From a plasmid, in sequence record AP029160.1: a stretch of 64,000 nucleotides of DNA; one strand, given 5' to 3'. Below the pieces are notes generated by a model. The model did no database searches. It was given only the letters and a program-made list of their open reading frames with translations, and was not told the origin of the DNA. The position numbers and the translations under genes were made by a program. Shown piece after piece: positions 40,167 through 50,518 of the stretch (within the stretch, counting starts at the first letter, position 1; each line of letters begins with the position of its first letter).

Positions 40167-40745
40167 ATGAACAGTAATAATTTTGTTGTTATTTATGACG
40201 CCTGTATTTTATATCCAGCAAATTTAAGAGATTTTTTACTCCATTTGGCTTTAACAAATCAATTTAAAGCTAAATGGAGTGATGATATACATGAAGAATG
40301 GATTAATAATTTACTAAAGAATAGACCTGATTTGAAAATAGAAAGGTTAAATAAGACAAGAGAGCTGATGGAATTGGCTGTGCCTGATGCTAATATTCCA
40401 AAATTAAGGTACCAAGAAATATTAACATCAATTTCTTTACCAGATCCTGACGATAAGCATGTATTAGCAGCAGCAATTGTATGTCAAGCTCAATATATTG
40501 TAACTTTTAATTTGAAAGATTTTCCTAAGAAAATATTAAGTAAATATGAAATTGAAGCAATTCACCCTGATGACTTTATTTGTCATTTAATAAATCTTTC
40601 TCCTGAAAATGTACTTGATTCTATTTCTAATCAATTAAATAGCTTGAAAAACCCTCCAATAAAAATGAATGATTTGATAAAAATCCATAAAAAAAGCGGT
40701 CTTCACAAGAGTATGCAACAAATAGAAACCATGCTTGATATTTAA
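40167..40745 (+). CDS. PIN-domain protein, putative toxin
   Basis: N-terminus VVIYDACILYPANLRDFLL (PIN acidic motif 1), later HPDDF. Confidence 0.6.
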   Translation: MNSNNFVVIYDACILYPANLRDFLLHLALTNQFKAKWSDDIHEEWINNLLKNRPDLKIERLNKTRELMELAVPDANIPKLRYQEILTSISLPDPDDKHVLAAAIVCQAQYIVTFNLKDFPKKILSKYEIEAIHPDDFICHLINLSPENVLDSISNQLNSLKNPPIKMNDLIKIHKKSGLHKSMQQIETMLDI

Positions 40746-41449
40746 ATTTGAAATGATTTACTAAATTTTTTCTTCTGATGATATAAAAATCATTCATCAG
40801 CGATTTTTCATTCGCATTTAATCTGAGCCCATGTTTATGATTGCGATCCCAAGTGCATTGCGAATGAGCCCAATCGCATTTAAAGTGAGTTTGGAGAGTT
40901 TCATATTCGCATTTAATTTGATCCCAATTTGTCTTTGATTGCGATCCAGACCCTCCGATGTTCGTGAGCCGTAACAGTTAACGGTTATTATACAAATATA
41001 TTTTTACCGGATGGGAAAGGAGAGGAAATTAAATTATTAGAAGAGAAATGTAGAAAAGAGGTGAGCAAATATAATAAAAAATATTTATATGCCCAACCAA
41101 TTTTTTATTACTTTGGTTTAATTCCATCTAGTTATTCATTATTTGGAACAAATATCAAGAATACTATTTCATTATCAAATGGATACTTGCCTAAAAAAAT
41201 AGATTATGATTATATGAATAGTTTTATAATAGTACCAAAACGTTCTATTAAATCTCTTAATTAGAATATTTCAAAATCAAATTGGAATAAAGAAAAACTT
41301 AGGCTTTTAAGTTTAATTAACTTAAATAGAGTTTAAAATTAATTTACCACAAAAATCTGAAAAAGATGTATTAGAGGATTTAAAAATAAAGCTCAAAAAT
41401 AAAAAAGAGTTAATAGAAACTGCGAATCTCATAAAGAATAGAAATTATT

Positions 41450-42658
41450 CTATTTTAAGTTCAACGTTACAACAAATTTTGTATTTAAAGAATTTTCATC
41501 ATAAATAATTGTACCTTTATGAGATTCTATAATACCCTTTGCAACACATAATCCAAGCCCTTTTGGAAAATTAAAAGCTTCCTTTGCTGATATAAATGGT
41601 TCCATAATTCTTTTAATAAATTCTTTATCTTCAATTTTTCTACCGCTATCAATAAAATTAATAACTATATGAGTATCTTTTTCTATACATTCTATATCTA
41701 TATATTTATTTCCATCATTAATTTTGCATAAACTTTCATAAGAATTTAAAATTATATTATAAAAAGCGATAGATAAATTAACTAATTTACATTTTATTAA
41801 TAAATTTTCATTAATATTTAATTTAATATGGATATTTTCCCTTTCTATAGACTTTTGAAGAAAAAATAATGATGTTTTAATTACATCTAAAATTTTATTT
41901 TCAGTTATAATTTCATCTTCATCTGAATTAGCAAATTTCCGAAGAGAAGAAACAATTTTATGTATTCTTTTTAAACTTAATTCTAAAGCATTAAAGTCGG
42001 ATTGAAGATTTAGTTGTTTGTAATTTTTTAAATTTTCTTTTATTTTTTTATCTATCAGATATATTTTTCCATTGATTATAGCAAGAGGATTATTTATTTC
42101 GTGAGCAATACCAGATGAAAGATTTAAAATTGAACTAAGTCTTTCTTTTTTTATTAACTCTTTATGAACTTTTTCTAGTTCAATATTTTTTTTGTATATT
42201 TCAAAGTAATTAATAATTTGTTTTGATAAATTTTTTAATATATCAATTTGAAACTTATTAAGTTTTTTTTCTTTCCTATCTATAACGCACAATGTGCCAA
42301 TATTATACCCATTTTTTGATTTTAAGGGCTGTCCTGCATAAAATCTTATATTTGGATTTCCTTGAACTAAAGGATCATCTTTAAATCTACCATCACTTAT
42401 TGCATCTTCTACTATAAATATATCGTCGTGTCCAATTGCGTGTGTACAGAATGAAATATTCCTAGGTGTTTCATCTGCTTCTAAACCTATTTTTGACTTA
42501 AACCACTGTCTGTTCTCGTCTACAAGAGAAATTAAAGCTATCGGTGTTTCACAAACTAAAGAAGCGATTTTAGTTATTTCATCAAGGTCTATATCTTTTG
42601 GTGTATCTAACATTAAATAACTTCTAAGTTCCTCAATCCTTTTAGATTCTAAATCCAT
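41450..42658 (-). CDS. GAF-domain sensor histidine kinase
   Basis: His-box region SGIAHEINNPL. HATPase G-box GLGLCVAKGII. Confidence 0.7.
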   Translation of the reverse strand: MDLESKRIEELRSYLMLDTPKDIDLDEITKIASLVCETPIALISLVDENRQWFKSKIGLEADETPRNISFCTHAIGHDDIFIVEDAISDGRFKDDPLVQGNPNIRFYAGQPLKSKNGYNIGTLCVIDRKEKKLNKFQIDILKNLSKQIINYFEIYKKNIELEKVHKELIKKERLSSILNLSSGIAHEINNPLAIINGKIYLIDKKIKENLKNYKQLNLQSDFNALELSLKRIHKIVSSLRKFANSDEDEIITENKILDVIKTSLFFLQKSIERENIHIKLNINENLLIKCKLVNLSIAFYNIILNSYESLCKINDGNKYIDIECIEKDTHIVINFIDSGRKIEDKEFIKRIMEPFISAKEAFNFPKGLGLCVAKGIIESHKGTIIYDENSLNTKFVVTLNLK

Positions 42659-42917
42659 TTAATAACCTTATAGTAAAAATATTTATTTTGCTCTTAGCCA
42701 AGATATAGTAACAGAGTCTTTTTTAGTAAAGCCTGCATTTTTTGCACATGTTTAATATTTTGTTTTTATAGGTCTTTACTTTTATTCGCTTGCTTTTGAA
42801 ATTTGAATTTCTTTTTTAGGCTACAAGGCTAGCTCAATAGGACTTTTTTTAAAGAGTTTCAATTTGATTTAAAATATGATAAGATAGAATAAAATATTTA
42901 ATTTAAATTTAAAATCT

Positions 42918-43766
42918 ATGAATTTTGATTACTATAGGAGAAATATGGATTTATTAAAAATACAAAAATTATACAAAATTACTTTTGTATTTTTTATATT
43001 TTTTATACTTAAAAAAGTAGCATTTGCCGATGATCTGTGCCCAGCTCCTTGGAAAATTGGAATTTATGATAACCCACCTTTTCAAACATTAATAAATGAA
43101 AAGGAAAGTGGCCTAGATATAGATATTATTACGGAAGTAGTAAAAAGACTGAATTGTAAAGTTTTATTAATTAAAATTCCATGGAGCAGACAATTTTATG
43201 AAGCCAAAACAGGAAAACTCGATATCATAATGGGAGCGGGAAAAAGAAAAGATAGAGAAGAATATTTATATTATTTAACACCTTATAAAAATCTTCCTTC
43301 AGTTATTGCATTCATGAATAGTTCTAAAACTCCTAAATCATTTAATTTAAGTAATTTAAAAAATATGGATATTACTATTGGAGCTTTAATAGGCGCAGTT
43401 TATAGTGACGAATATGAAAATTTAATAAAAGATCCGGAATTTTCCTCAAAAATTGAACTTTCTTCTAAAACTGAATTAATTATTAATAAATTAAGGCTAG
43501 GAAGAATAGAGGGTGCCTTTTTCACTGGGATTTTAGAGGTAAAAAATCTGATGCCTAAAGAGTACAAAAACAATGAATTAATTATTTATCCAATATCTTC
43601 AGTTGACTATGGATATTTTGCATACAGCAAAAAAACTTTTGACCTTATAAAGGCAAAAAAGATAGATAAAGTCATTCAAGACATGAACTCTGATGGAACT
43701 ATAAAAAAACTAATGAAGAAATATTTCAATCAAAATGAAATTAAAAGCATATCTGTATCTTCTTAA
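42918..43766 (+). CDS. family-3 solute-binding protein
   Basis: Signal peptide, then APWKIGIYDNPPFQ. Confidence 0.55.
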   Translation: MNFDYYRRNMDLLKIQKLYKITFVFFIFFILKKVAFADDLCPAPWKIGIYDNPPFQTLINEKESGLDIDIITEVVKRLNCKVLLIKIPWSRQFYEAKTGKLDIIMGAGKRKDREEYLYYLTPYKNLPSVIAFMNSSKTPKSFNLSNLKNMDITIGALIGAVYSDEYENLIKDPEFSSKIELSSKTELIINKLRLGRIEGAFFTGILEVKNLMPKEYKNNELIIYPISSVDYGYFAYSKKTFDLIKAKKIDKVIQDMNSDGTIKKLMKKYFNQNEIKSISVSS

Positions 43767-44378
43767 AAATTGGCACTGAATATCTTTTAAAGGAAATTTA
43801 ACTCTTCTATAGTCAAAAAATAAAACACCAATGAATCAATTAAAATCATTTAATTAACCTGATTTTGAAAAATTCAAAAAATCGCCTAAATAATAATCAA
43901 CTATAAACTAATCTCTTGTTTGCAAATTTAAAACATCATCCAAATTGGAGAAAATTACAAAAGCTATATTTGAAGAACAAATTTACAAAGAAATATATAA
44001 AAAACCCCTCACAAGAGGGGTTGTCTCGAGGAGTGAGACAGGATCTTGGAAATCCCGCTTCCAGTTTAGCAAATTTTTTTTGAAAAAAAAGAGATTTTCA
44101 AATTAAATCGAAATTATATTTAAAATTAAACGAAATTAATTACAACAGATTTGAAATACCTTTTGTTATTAATCAGAAAGACATCAATTCTTTTCTTATC
44201 AGCAGAAAACTGTCTTAATAAAAACTTTGGTACATAATGATGCTTACGTTCTTGAGCCATAGGAATCTCCAGTTAGTATTTCCTTGCTGAATTTTTCTTG
44301 TGATGTTATTTTATTTTTAGTTAATGCCTCGATTTACAATCTGTGTTTTTATAAAAATGTTTTTGTAATAAATATAAA

Positions 44379-44987
44379 TTAATTCAAACAATGCCCATTT
44401 TGTAATTTTTTTATCTTTTGATTAAATTCATCGAAACTTATTTTGTAGGCAATTTCATCTTTTTGTGGCCATACTTTCATTACATATGTAATTATATTTT
44501 GGTGGCGTATAATTTGTTCTTTCCCCACTATCCAACTTTCAACATTCATTTCTTTTATTTTTGGATACATTAACCTATAGTAATCTTCCATTGCAGCTTG
44601 ATTATCTGCGTTTTCAGCAAAAATTAACAGCGCAACAATCTGATTGCATTTTAAACAAGGCAAAATTTTACTTGGAATTTTATGATAATTAGGCATTATA
44701 TTTTGTTGGAAATGATGAGAATCTGTTTCTTTCATTTTTGATTGAGTTGATTTTTCAATTTCAGCAATCATTGATTTTGTTATTGGTTCAAGTATTTCTA
44801 AGCGTCTTTTTGTCGTAGGATCTTGTGGATCTCCGACTACTTCACTTGAGAAATGACACATTCCTTTTTTTTCGCTTACAACAATTCTTCCCAGATCTCC
44901 TAAATTTTCATGTCGAATGATATAGGCAACTGAATTTTGAATGATTTCTTTTCGACAAGAAATTCCTTTTGGTAATGTGTAATTCAT
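44379..44987 (-). CDS. hypothetical protein (202 aa)
   Basis: ORF track. 13-bp gap to the upstream gene. Confidence 0.4.
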   Translation of the reverse strand: MNYTLPKGISCRKEIIQNSVAYIIRHENLGDLGRIVVSEKKGMCHFSSEVVGDPQDPTTKRRLEILEPITKSMIAEIEKSTQSKMKETDSHHFQQNIMPNYHKIPSKILPCLKCNQIVALLIFAENADNQAAMEDYYRLMYPKIKEMNVESWIVGKEQIIRHQNIITYVMKVWPQKDEIAYKISFDEFNQKIKKLQNGHCLN

Positions 44988-45000
44988 TTAATTATCCTTT

Positions 45001-46128
45001 TTAATCTTCATTGACTTCTTGAATATTTGTGGGGAGATTTAACTCCCATTGTTTTCCTTTTTTTATCAGGGTTCCCTGGCATACGATTGGAACTTTTTTG
45101 TCATGAGCTACCACAAATTTAGAATCATCATCATCAGCAGCACGAATAATTATCGAAGAAAGTTTACCGTCAATTTGAGTTTTAACTGTAACTTTACCTT
45201 CAGATTGATTTGCATCTCGTTGTAATTTTACAATCAATCCAAATATTTTTTCGTCTGGACGAGGTTCTTGATTCGTAAAACGTTTGGCAGCTTCTTCAAG
45301 AATACCGCTCCAACGTCCATAAAAATGTTGCCTGTAGATGGGTTTATTTGAGGGCCTAGAGTTGGCCCATGTGATACTTAATTCTACTTTCTCGGATAAT
45401 TTAGTTAAATTAGATAGAGCTTGGCAGATATTCGCATTTACCCCATGTTCTATCCTTGATGAAAATACATCAAAATCCTGACTTGTTTCAGAAATGGTAA
45501 GTGCTTTATGTGTTGCTTCTAGAGCTTCACATAATTTTAATGTTACCTTTCTTTCAAAAGGCTCATCTTCTAAGGAAATCTCATCTCTATTCTTTGAAAA
45601 TGAAGGATTTACGGGTGAAAGGAGTGTAAAAATAAAACTTCCTCTTTCCGTGTGGCCTAGTTTGAGTTTTGAAATATAGTTTGCAACTTGGTCTGGCTTC
45701 TTCCCTAAATAAGCCGCTCGCGGCTCTAAAGCAGAGCATGCAGAGGCGTTTGTAAGCTCGTAAATACTCTTTATGGCATCGACTCCTTGCGTTGCAGGAA
45801 CCCCCTCTGTTGCGCTATTTTCTGTAATGCGCACTCGAATGACATCGACTTCCGATTTTTTTAATGCTGAGATAATCTCAATTTGAGAACGTTTTTCTTG
45901 TTTTTCCAATACACTGACAAGATCTCTTATCCTAAATGCATAATCTCCAAATTCTGTTTTAAGTGGACAGAGGACTTCATATGTTTCATTATCTACTTCT
46001 TTTTCCCAGATATTTGCTTTGCCTGGTATGGATTTAGCTGGTCGCCATCCATTAGAGGAAAGATATGAAGAAATATTGTTAGGAGTGATTTGAGAAAAAG
46101 TTTCAGAATCTTTTATATCAACCTTCAT
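45001..46128 (-). CDS. hypothetical protein (375 aa)
   Basis: ORF track. No recognisable motif. Locally GC-richer by eye. Confidence 0.4.
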   Translation of the reverse strand: MKVDIKDSETFSQITPNNISSYLSSNGWRPAKSIPGKANIWEKEVDNETYEVLCPLKTEFGDYAFRIRDLVSVLEKQEKRSQIEIISALKKSEVDVIRVRITENSATEGVPATQGVDAIKSIYELTNASACSALEPRAAYLGKKPDQVANYISKLKLGHTERGSFIFTLLSPVNPSFSKNRDEISLEDEPFERKVTLKLCEALEATHKALTISETSQDFDVFSSRIEHGVNANICQALSNLTKLSEKVELSITWANSRPSNKPIYRQHFYGRWSGILEEAAKRFTNQEPRPDEKIFGLIVKLQRDANQSEGKVTVKTQIDGKLSSIIIRAADDDDSKFVVAHDKKVPIVCQGTLIKKGKQWELNLPTNIQEVNED

Positions 46129-46220
46129 ATTTTCTCATCCTCATGTAGTTTTTTAAAAAGCAGATCAAGTTGTTCTTTATTAAATATATTTGGTTTTGGA
46201 CCGTCTAATAGGGACACCCC

Positions 46221-46562
46221 ATAGAGATAACACCATTCACCTTTTACTTTGATGTAAGTCTCATCCATTCGCCAACTTCCACAGATACGCTTTCTAAGCT
46301 TATAAAACTTCTTAAGTAATTTTGGACTGTATTCCACACTCCAACGATGAATGGTCGTGTGATCTACAAAAATACCACGCTCTGCTAAAAGTTCTTCTAC
46401 TTGCCTGTAACTTAGGGAGTAGCTTACATACCAACGTATTGCCATTATTATAATCATACGATCAGATCAGAATGCTTCCACTTGAAATCCATCGCCACTC
46501 CCTCAAACAACTCAAAAAGAAAGTTACTATACTCTCACTTCTATATTTTTTGCAACAGAACC
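46221..46562 (-). mobile_element. IS6-family IS, 3'-truncated partial copy (inverted repeat at 46549-46562)
   Basis: IR TTTGCAACAGAACC at 46549-46562. The transposase ORF is intact only to ...GEWCYLY. Confidence 0.8.
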
Positions 46563-46648
46563 AAAATTTGGGCGCAAATTAATTGAAATTATCGTTTTGC
46601 TTTGGCGCACGCTATTTGAAATCGGGCGCACAATAATTGAATTTATAC
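46563..46648. repeat. GGCGCA-unit repeat element, copy 2 (3 units)
   Basis: Matches 15029..15140 minus one unit. Abuts the IS fragment. Confidence 0.5.
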
Positions 46649-46725
46649 AAAAATACAATTTTTTTAATTAATTTATAAATGAATTTTCTTATTTTTATTA
46701 TTTATTTAGAAAGCTTAATTTTTAT

Positions 46726-47595
46726 CTATTTTGAATTTTTTGTACCTGAATCAATATTAGCGGGTTCAATTTTAAAATCCCTTGTTAGAGGAACAAGAGA
46801 ATCGGGACCAAACCATTTATTAAAAATTTCTTTTGCTCTTCCTGATTTCTCCATATCTTCTAAAGTATCATTAATGAGTTTTAATAAATCATCTGAATTT
46901 TTCCTTACACCAATTCCATAAGGCTCCGAAGAAATATCAAAGTTTGTTATTTGAAAATCAGATTTACTTTTCATATTTGAAAGAATCCCAGCTAGAACTG
47001 ATTCATCTGTTGTAATTGCAAAAATTTTCTCAAGGTAAAGTGCGTGCGCTGCTTGGGAATAATCTTCTAATCCTAGAACAGTTGCTTTAGGAAGATATTT
47101 TTTGGTATTTGTTTCAGCTGTTGAACCTTTTGAAGTAATAATTATTTTACCATCTAAATCTTTTAATTCATTGACAGTACCTTTATGAACTAAAAATTTC
47201 TGTTTTGAAACAAAATATTGATGACTAAAGTCAATTTCTTCTTTTCTTTTACTAGTTATTGTCATTGTACATATTAAAATATCTACTTCTTTTTTTATTA
47301 ACAATGGGATTCTTGTAGATGAAGTAACTGCTTTAAAAACAGGCTTGACATTTAGCCTATTTGCAATCTCATTAGCAAAATCTATATCATACCCTTCTAA
47401 TATTCTTGTTTTTTTATCGATTTTCTTTAAATATCCAAATGGAATTACGTTGTCTTTTATACCAAAAATAATCTCATTTTTCTTTTTAATTTCTGGAATA
47501 ATATCTGCATAAGATAATTGATTATAAGATATGAATTGGCATATAAAAGCAAAGAATATAATAAATTTTATAATAAAATAACTTAATTTAGTCAT
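46726..47595 (-). CDS. family-3 solute-binding protein
   Basis: Signal peptide. The MCP gene stop overlaps the start (ATGA). Confidence 0.55.
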   Translation of the reverse strand: MTKLSYFIIKFIIFFAFICQFISYNQLSYADIIPEIKKKNEIIFGIKDNVIPFGYLKKIDKKTRILEGYDIDFANEIANRLNVKPVFKAVTSSTRIPLLIKKEVDILICTMTITSKRKEEIDFSHQYFVSKQKFLVHKGTVNELKDLDGKIIITSKGSTAETNTKKYLPKATVLGLEDYSQAAHALYLEKIFAITTDESVLAGILSNMKSKSDFQITNFDISSEPYGIGVRKNSDDLLKLINDTLEDMEKSGRAKEIFNKWFGPDSLVPLTRDFKIEPANIDSGTKNSK

Positions 47596-49082
47596 AAATC
47601 TCCTTTAATTAATATTTCAATTTCTTTTGCTGTTTTGTCTAATTTAGTGCTTTCATCTACTAATTTAATTGCAGAATTTGAGTTAGTTTCAGCCGCCCCC
47701 TTACAGTATTGAGTAGTTTTATCAATATCTCCCATTGATGAAGCAATTTGTCTTACACCAACCTCTTGCTCTTGCGTAGCCTCAGATATATGTGAAATAG
47801 TATTTGTCATAGTTGAAATATCTTCTGCAATTTTTTGGAAAGCATTTTGAGCTTCTGTCGTTACTAATTTTCCTTCATCAATTCTTTCTTTTGTTATTCC
47901 AAGAATCTTATTTACTTGTTCCTGACTTTTTGTAATTAATTCTTGAATTTCATTTGCTGATTTACCACTTATTTTTGCCAATGCCCCAACTTCTTCTGCA
48001 ACAACAGCAAATCCTTTACCGTGTTCTCCTGCCCTTGCAGATTCTATTGAAGCGTTTAAGGATAATAACTCAGTCTTTGCAACAATCTCATTAATTACAG
48101 TTGTTTTAGAGTTTATTTGTGAAATAATTTCAGCAATTTCTTGTAATTTATTATTTGATTCTTGGATATTTTGCATCGCAAATACAAGTTTCCGCATTAT
48201 TGCCTGGCCTTCATTTGCTTTTGAAGTCGCACTTTCTGCAATTTTTCTAGATTCATTTGAGTTTTCAGACGTTCTATTTACCATACTTGTAATCTGATTG
48301 ACCGCAGCCCCCGTTTTTAAAACAGCTTCTCCTTGTTCAATAACTGTTTGAGACAATGAATTTGCATCTTTTTTTAAAAGCATAGCAATATCATTTGTTG
48401 AAATACTTTGTTTCTTTAAATTTTCGATCCCATGAATAATAGAACTTGTTGAGATATTTACAATTCTAAAGATTATAATTGAAATAATTAAACTTAGTGT
48501 AAATATTATAATCATTCCAATAATGGTTATTTTAGTAAAGTAAGCCCCTTTTCTAGTAGAATTAAGTGCTCCTTTATAATTAATATCAGCAATTTCAAAA
48601 AAACTCGATTCTGCTTTTTTCATAAGAGGTAATGCTTTTGTTTTAATTAAATTAAGAGCTCCTTTTTCATCATTTTTTTCTGTGTTTTTAAAAATTTCAT
48701 TTACCAAAGAGCGAATTTCATCCCATATTGGTAAAAATTTTTGCAATTCAGCACGCTCTTCTTTCTCTGTGATTTCTGTTTCATATATGGTAATTAAGGC
48801 ATTTATTGACTTTATTGTGTCATTTATTACAGCTAATTGATCTTGATATTCATCTTTATCTGAAATGGTTAAAAGTTCAAATTGAAGCGACTTTAATAAT
48901 ATAATTCTTGCAACAATGCGTTGAGCAGTATCAACGCTTGGTAACCAGCTTAGACCTGTTTCATCAGCAAATTTATTTGTTGTGATAATCATTGAAATTG
49001 TATAAATTGAAGTAATAAATATTAAACTAAGTAAGATAAATATTGAAGTATAAAGTTTAAATGGTAAGCTTTTCTTTTTCAT
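47592..49082 (-). CDS. methyl-accepting chemotaxis protein
   Basis: TM, then the highly conserved MCP signalling domain LSLNASIESARAGEHGKGFAVVAEEV. Confidence 0.8.
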   Translation of the reverse strand: MKKKSLPFKLYTSIFILLSLIFITSIYTISMIITTNKFADETGLSWLPSVDTAQRIVARIILLKSLQFELLTISDKDEYQDQLAVINDTIKSINALITIYETEITEKEERAELQKFLPIWDEIRSLVNEIFKNTEKNDEKGALNLIKTKALPLMKKAESSFFEIADINYKGALNSTRKGAYFTKITIIGMIIIFTLSLIISIIIFRIVNISTSSIIHGIENLKKQSISTNDIAMLLKKDANSLSQTVIEQGEAVLKTGAAVNQITSMVNRTSENSNESRKIAESATSKANEGQAIMRKLVFAMQNIQESNNKLQEIAEIISQINSKTTVINEIVAKTELLSLNASIESARAGEHGKGFAVVAEEVGALAKISGKSANEIQELITKSQEQVNKILGITKERIDEGKLVTTEAQNAFQKIAEDISTMTNTISHISEATQEQEVGVRQIASSMGDIDKTTQYCKGAAETNSNSAIKLVDESTKLDKTAKEIEILIKGDL

Positions 49083-49502
49083 TTTATTTCTCTTTATAAA
49101 AATTGTTAGTATTTATATTTTATATTAATTAAGTGTTAAATCATGTCAAATTTTTTCTATTCTCTATTAGTGATAATAAAATTACAAAATAAATGATGGT
49201 AACAGAATATTAAAACATTATTGGAATTTAAAAAACTCTAAAAATGTATGCCTAACTATTTTGCAATTCGAAGAAAACGATGGTTTATTTGATGCTTTTT
49301 TTATTTCAAATACTACGATTAGATAGTATTTGCTAAACCGCCTTTTTTCCGTTCCAGCCGCTCGGTACCCCTACTAGGGGTTATTTGCAAGAATCCCCGA
49401 GATTATATACCAAGATGAACTTATTCTTTAATATGAAGAATATCTTTTCTTTTTGAGTGGATCTAATAACAATCAGATTTAAGAATATCTAATGTAAGCC
49501 CC

Positions 49503-49698
49503 TTAAAGTATCAACTCTAAATCAATTTCATCCCTAATAGGAATGCCATAATCTCCTATTTCTGGGCATGGCTTTATTTTTCTGGCAATTTCCATTGAGT
49601 TAATATGTATACAGCAAATATGAAAACCTCTTCTTTGATAGAATCTTAATGCATCAAGATTATCATTATGCGTCATAAGATAGAGCCTCTTGCAGAGT
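49503..49698 (-). pseudogene. GNAT N-acetyltransferase, C-terminal half
   Basis: Translation LCKRLYLMTHNDNLDALRFYQRRGFHICCIH... It continues the 22367..22658 frame through the duplicated LC codons. Confidence 0.65.
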
Positions 49699-50518
49699 GG
49701 TTCTGTTGCAAATAATTAGAAGCCACGAAACATTGGGTTGTTACTTTTCAAGAATGTCCTCTGTAGGTGCAATTATCCAGCGAGGGAGCAAAATTGCTCC
49801 CAAATAGGCAAATGACTTTTAAATTTGAATTGCCCTTTTCTGAGCATATGATGGAGTTCAATACCTGCTAAAGTAGCTCTCGCCGATTTCAATGAGAAGA
49901 AACCAAGCATAGGCTTTACTTTCTTTTTTATAAATCGATGGTCTTGCTCTACAAGGTTATTTAAATATTTATTTTGTCTTATTAGAACTTTATCTTCAGA
50001 TTTAAGATCTTTGTTGATAGCCTTTAATGCTGCCGTATTAGAGCCACTTTTATCAATATTTACCTTTTCTGGGATTCCAGAAGAACGAAAGCATTTTTGG
50101 AAAAAACGTTTGGCACTTGTTGTATCTCTTCGTTTTGAAAGGTAAATATCAATCGTTTGACCATGCTTATCCACGGCTCTATAGAGATAACACCATTCAC
50201 CTTTTACTTTGATGTAAGTCTCATCCATTCGCCAACTTCCACAGATACGCTTTCTAAGCTTATAAAACTTCTTAAGTAATTTTGGACTGTATTCCACAAT
50301 CCAACGATGAATGGTCGTGTGATCTACAAAAATACCACGCTCTGCTAAAAGTTCTTCTACTTGCCTATAACTTAGGGAGTAGCCTACATACCAACGGATT
50401 GCCATTATGATAATCATACGATCAGTATGCTTCCACTTGAAATCCATCGCCACTCCCCTCAAACAACTCCAAAAAAAAGTTACTCCACTCTCACTTATAT
50501 ATTTTTTGCAACAGAACC
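49699..50518 (-). mobile_element. IS6-family IS, copy E, 820 bp
   Basis: Inverted repeats. Low-coordinate flank TGCAGAGT, the reverse complement of ACTCTGCA. Confidence 0.9.
49773..50447 (-). CDS. IS6-family DDE transposase
   Basis: As above. Confidence 0.85.
   Translation of the reverse strand: MDFKWKHTDRMIIIMAIRWYVGYSLSYRQVEELLAERGIFVDHTTIHRWIVEYSPKLLKKFYKLRKRICGSWRMDETYIKVKGEWCYLYRAVDKHGQTIDIYLSKRRDTTSAKRFFQKCFRSSGIPEKVNIDKSGSNTAALKAINKDLKSEDKVLIRQNKYLNNLVEQDHRFIKKKVKPMLGFFSLKSARATLAGIELHHMLRKGQFKFKSHLPIWEQFCSLAG

Larger units (their letters stand above)
36510..40977. mobile_element. Tn5053/Tn402-like (TniA-TniB-resolvase) transposon with TA cargo
   Basis: Perfect 55-bp terminal inverted repeats CTGTTACGGCTCACGAACATCGGAGGGTCTGGATCGCAATCAAAGACAAATTGGG at 36510-36564 and 40923-40977. 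Subterminal ATTCGCATTTAA repeats at both ends. Confidence 0.75.
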
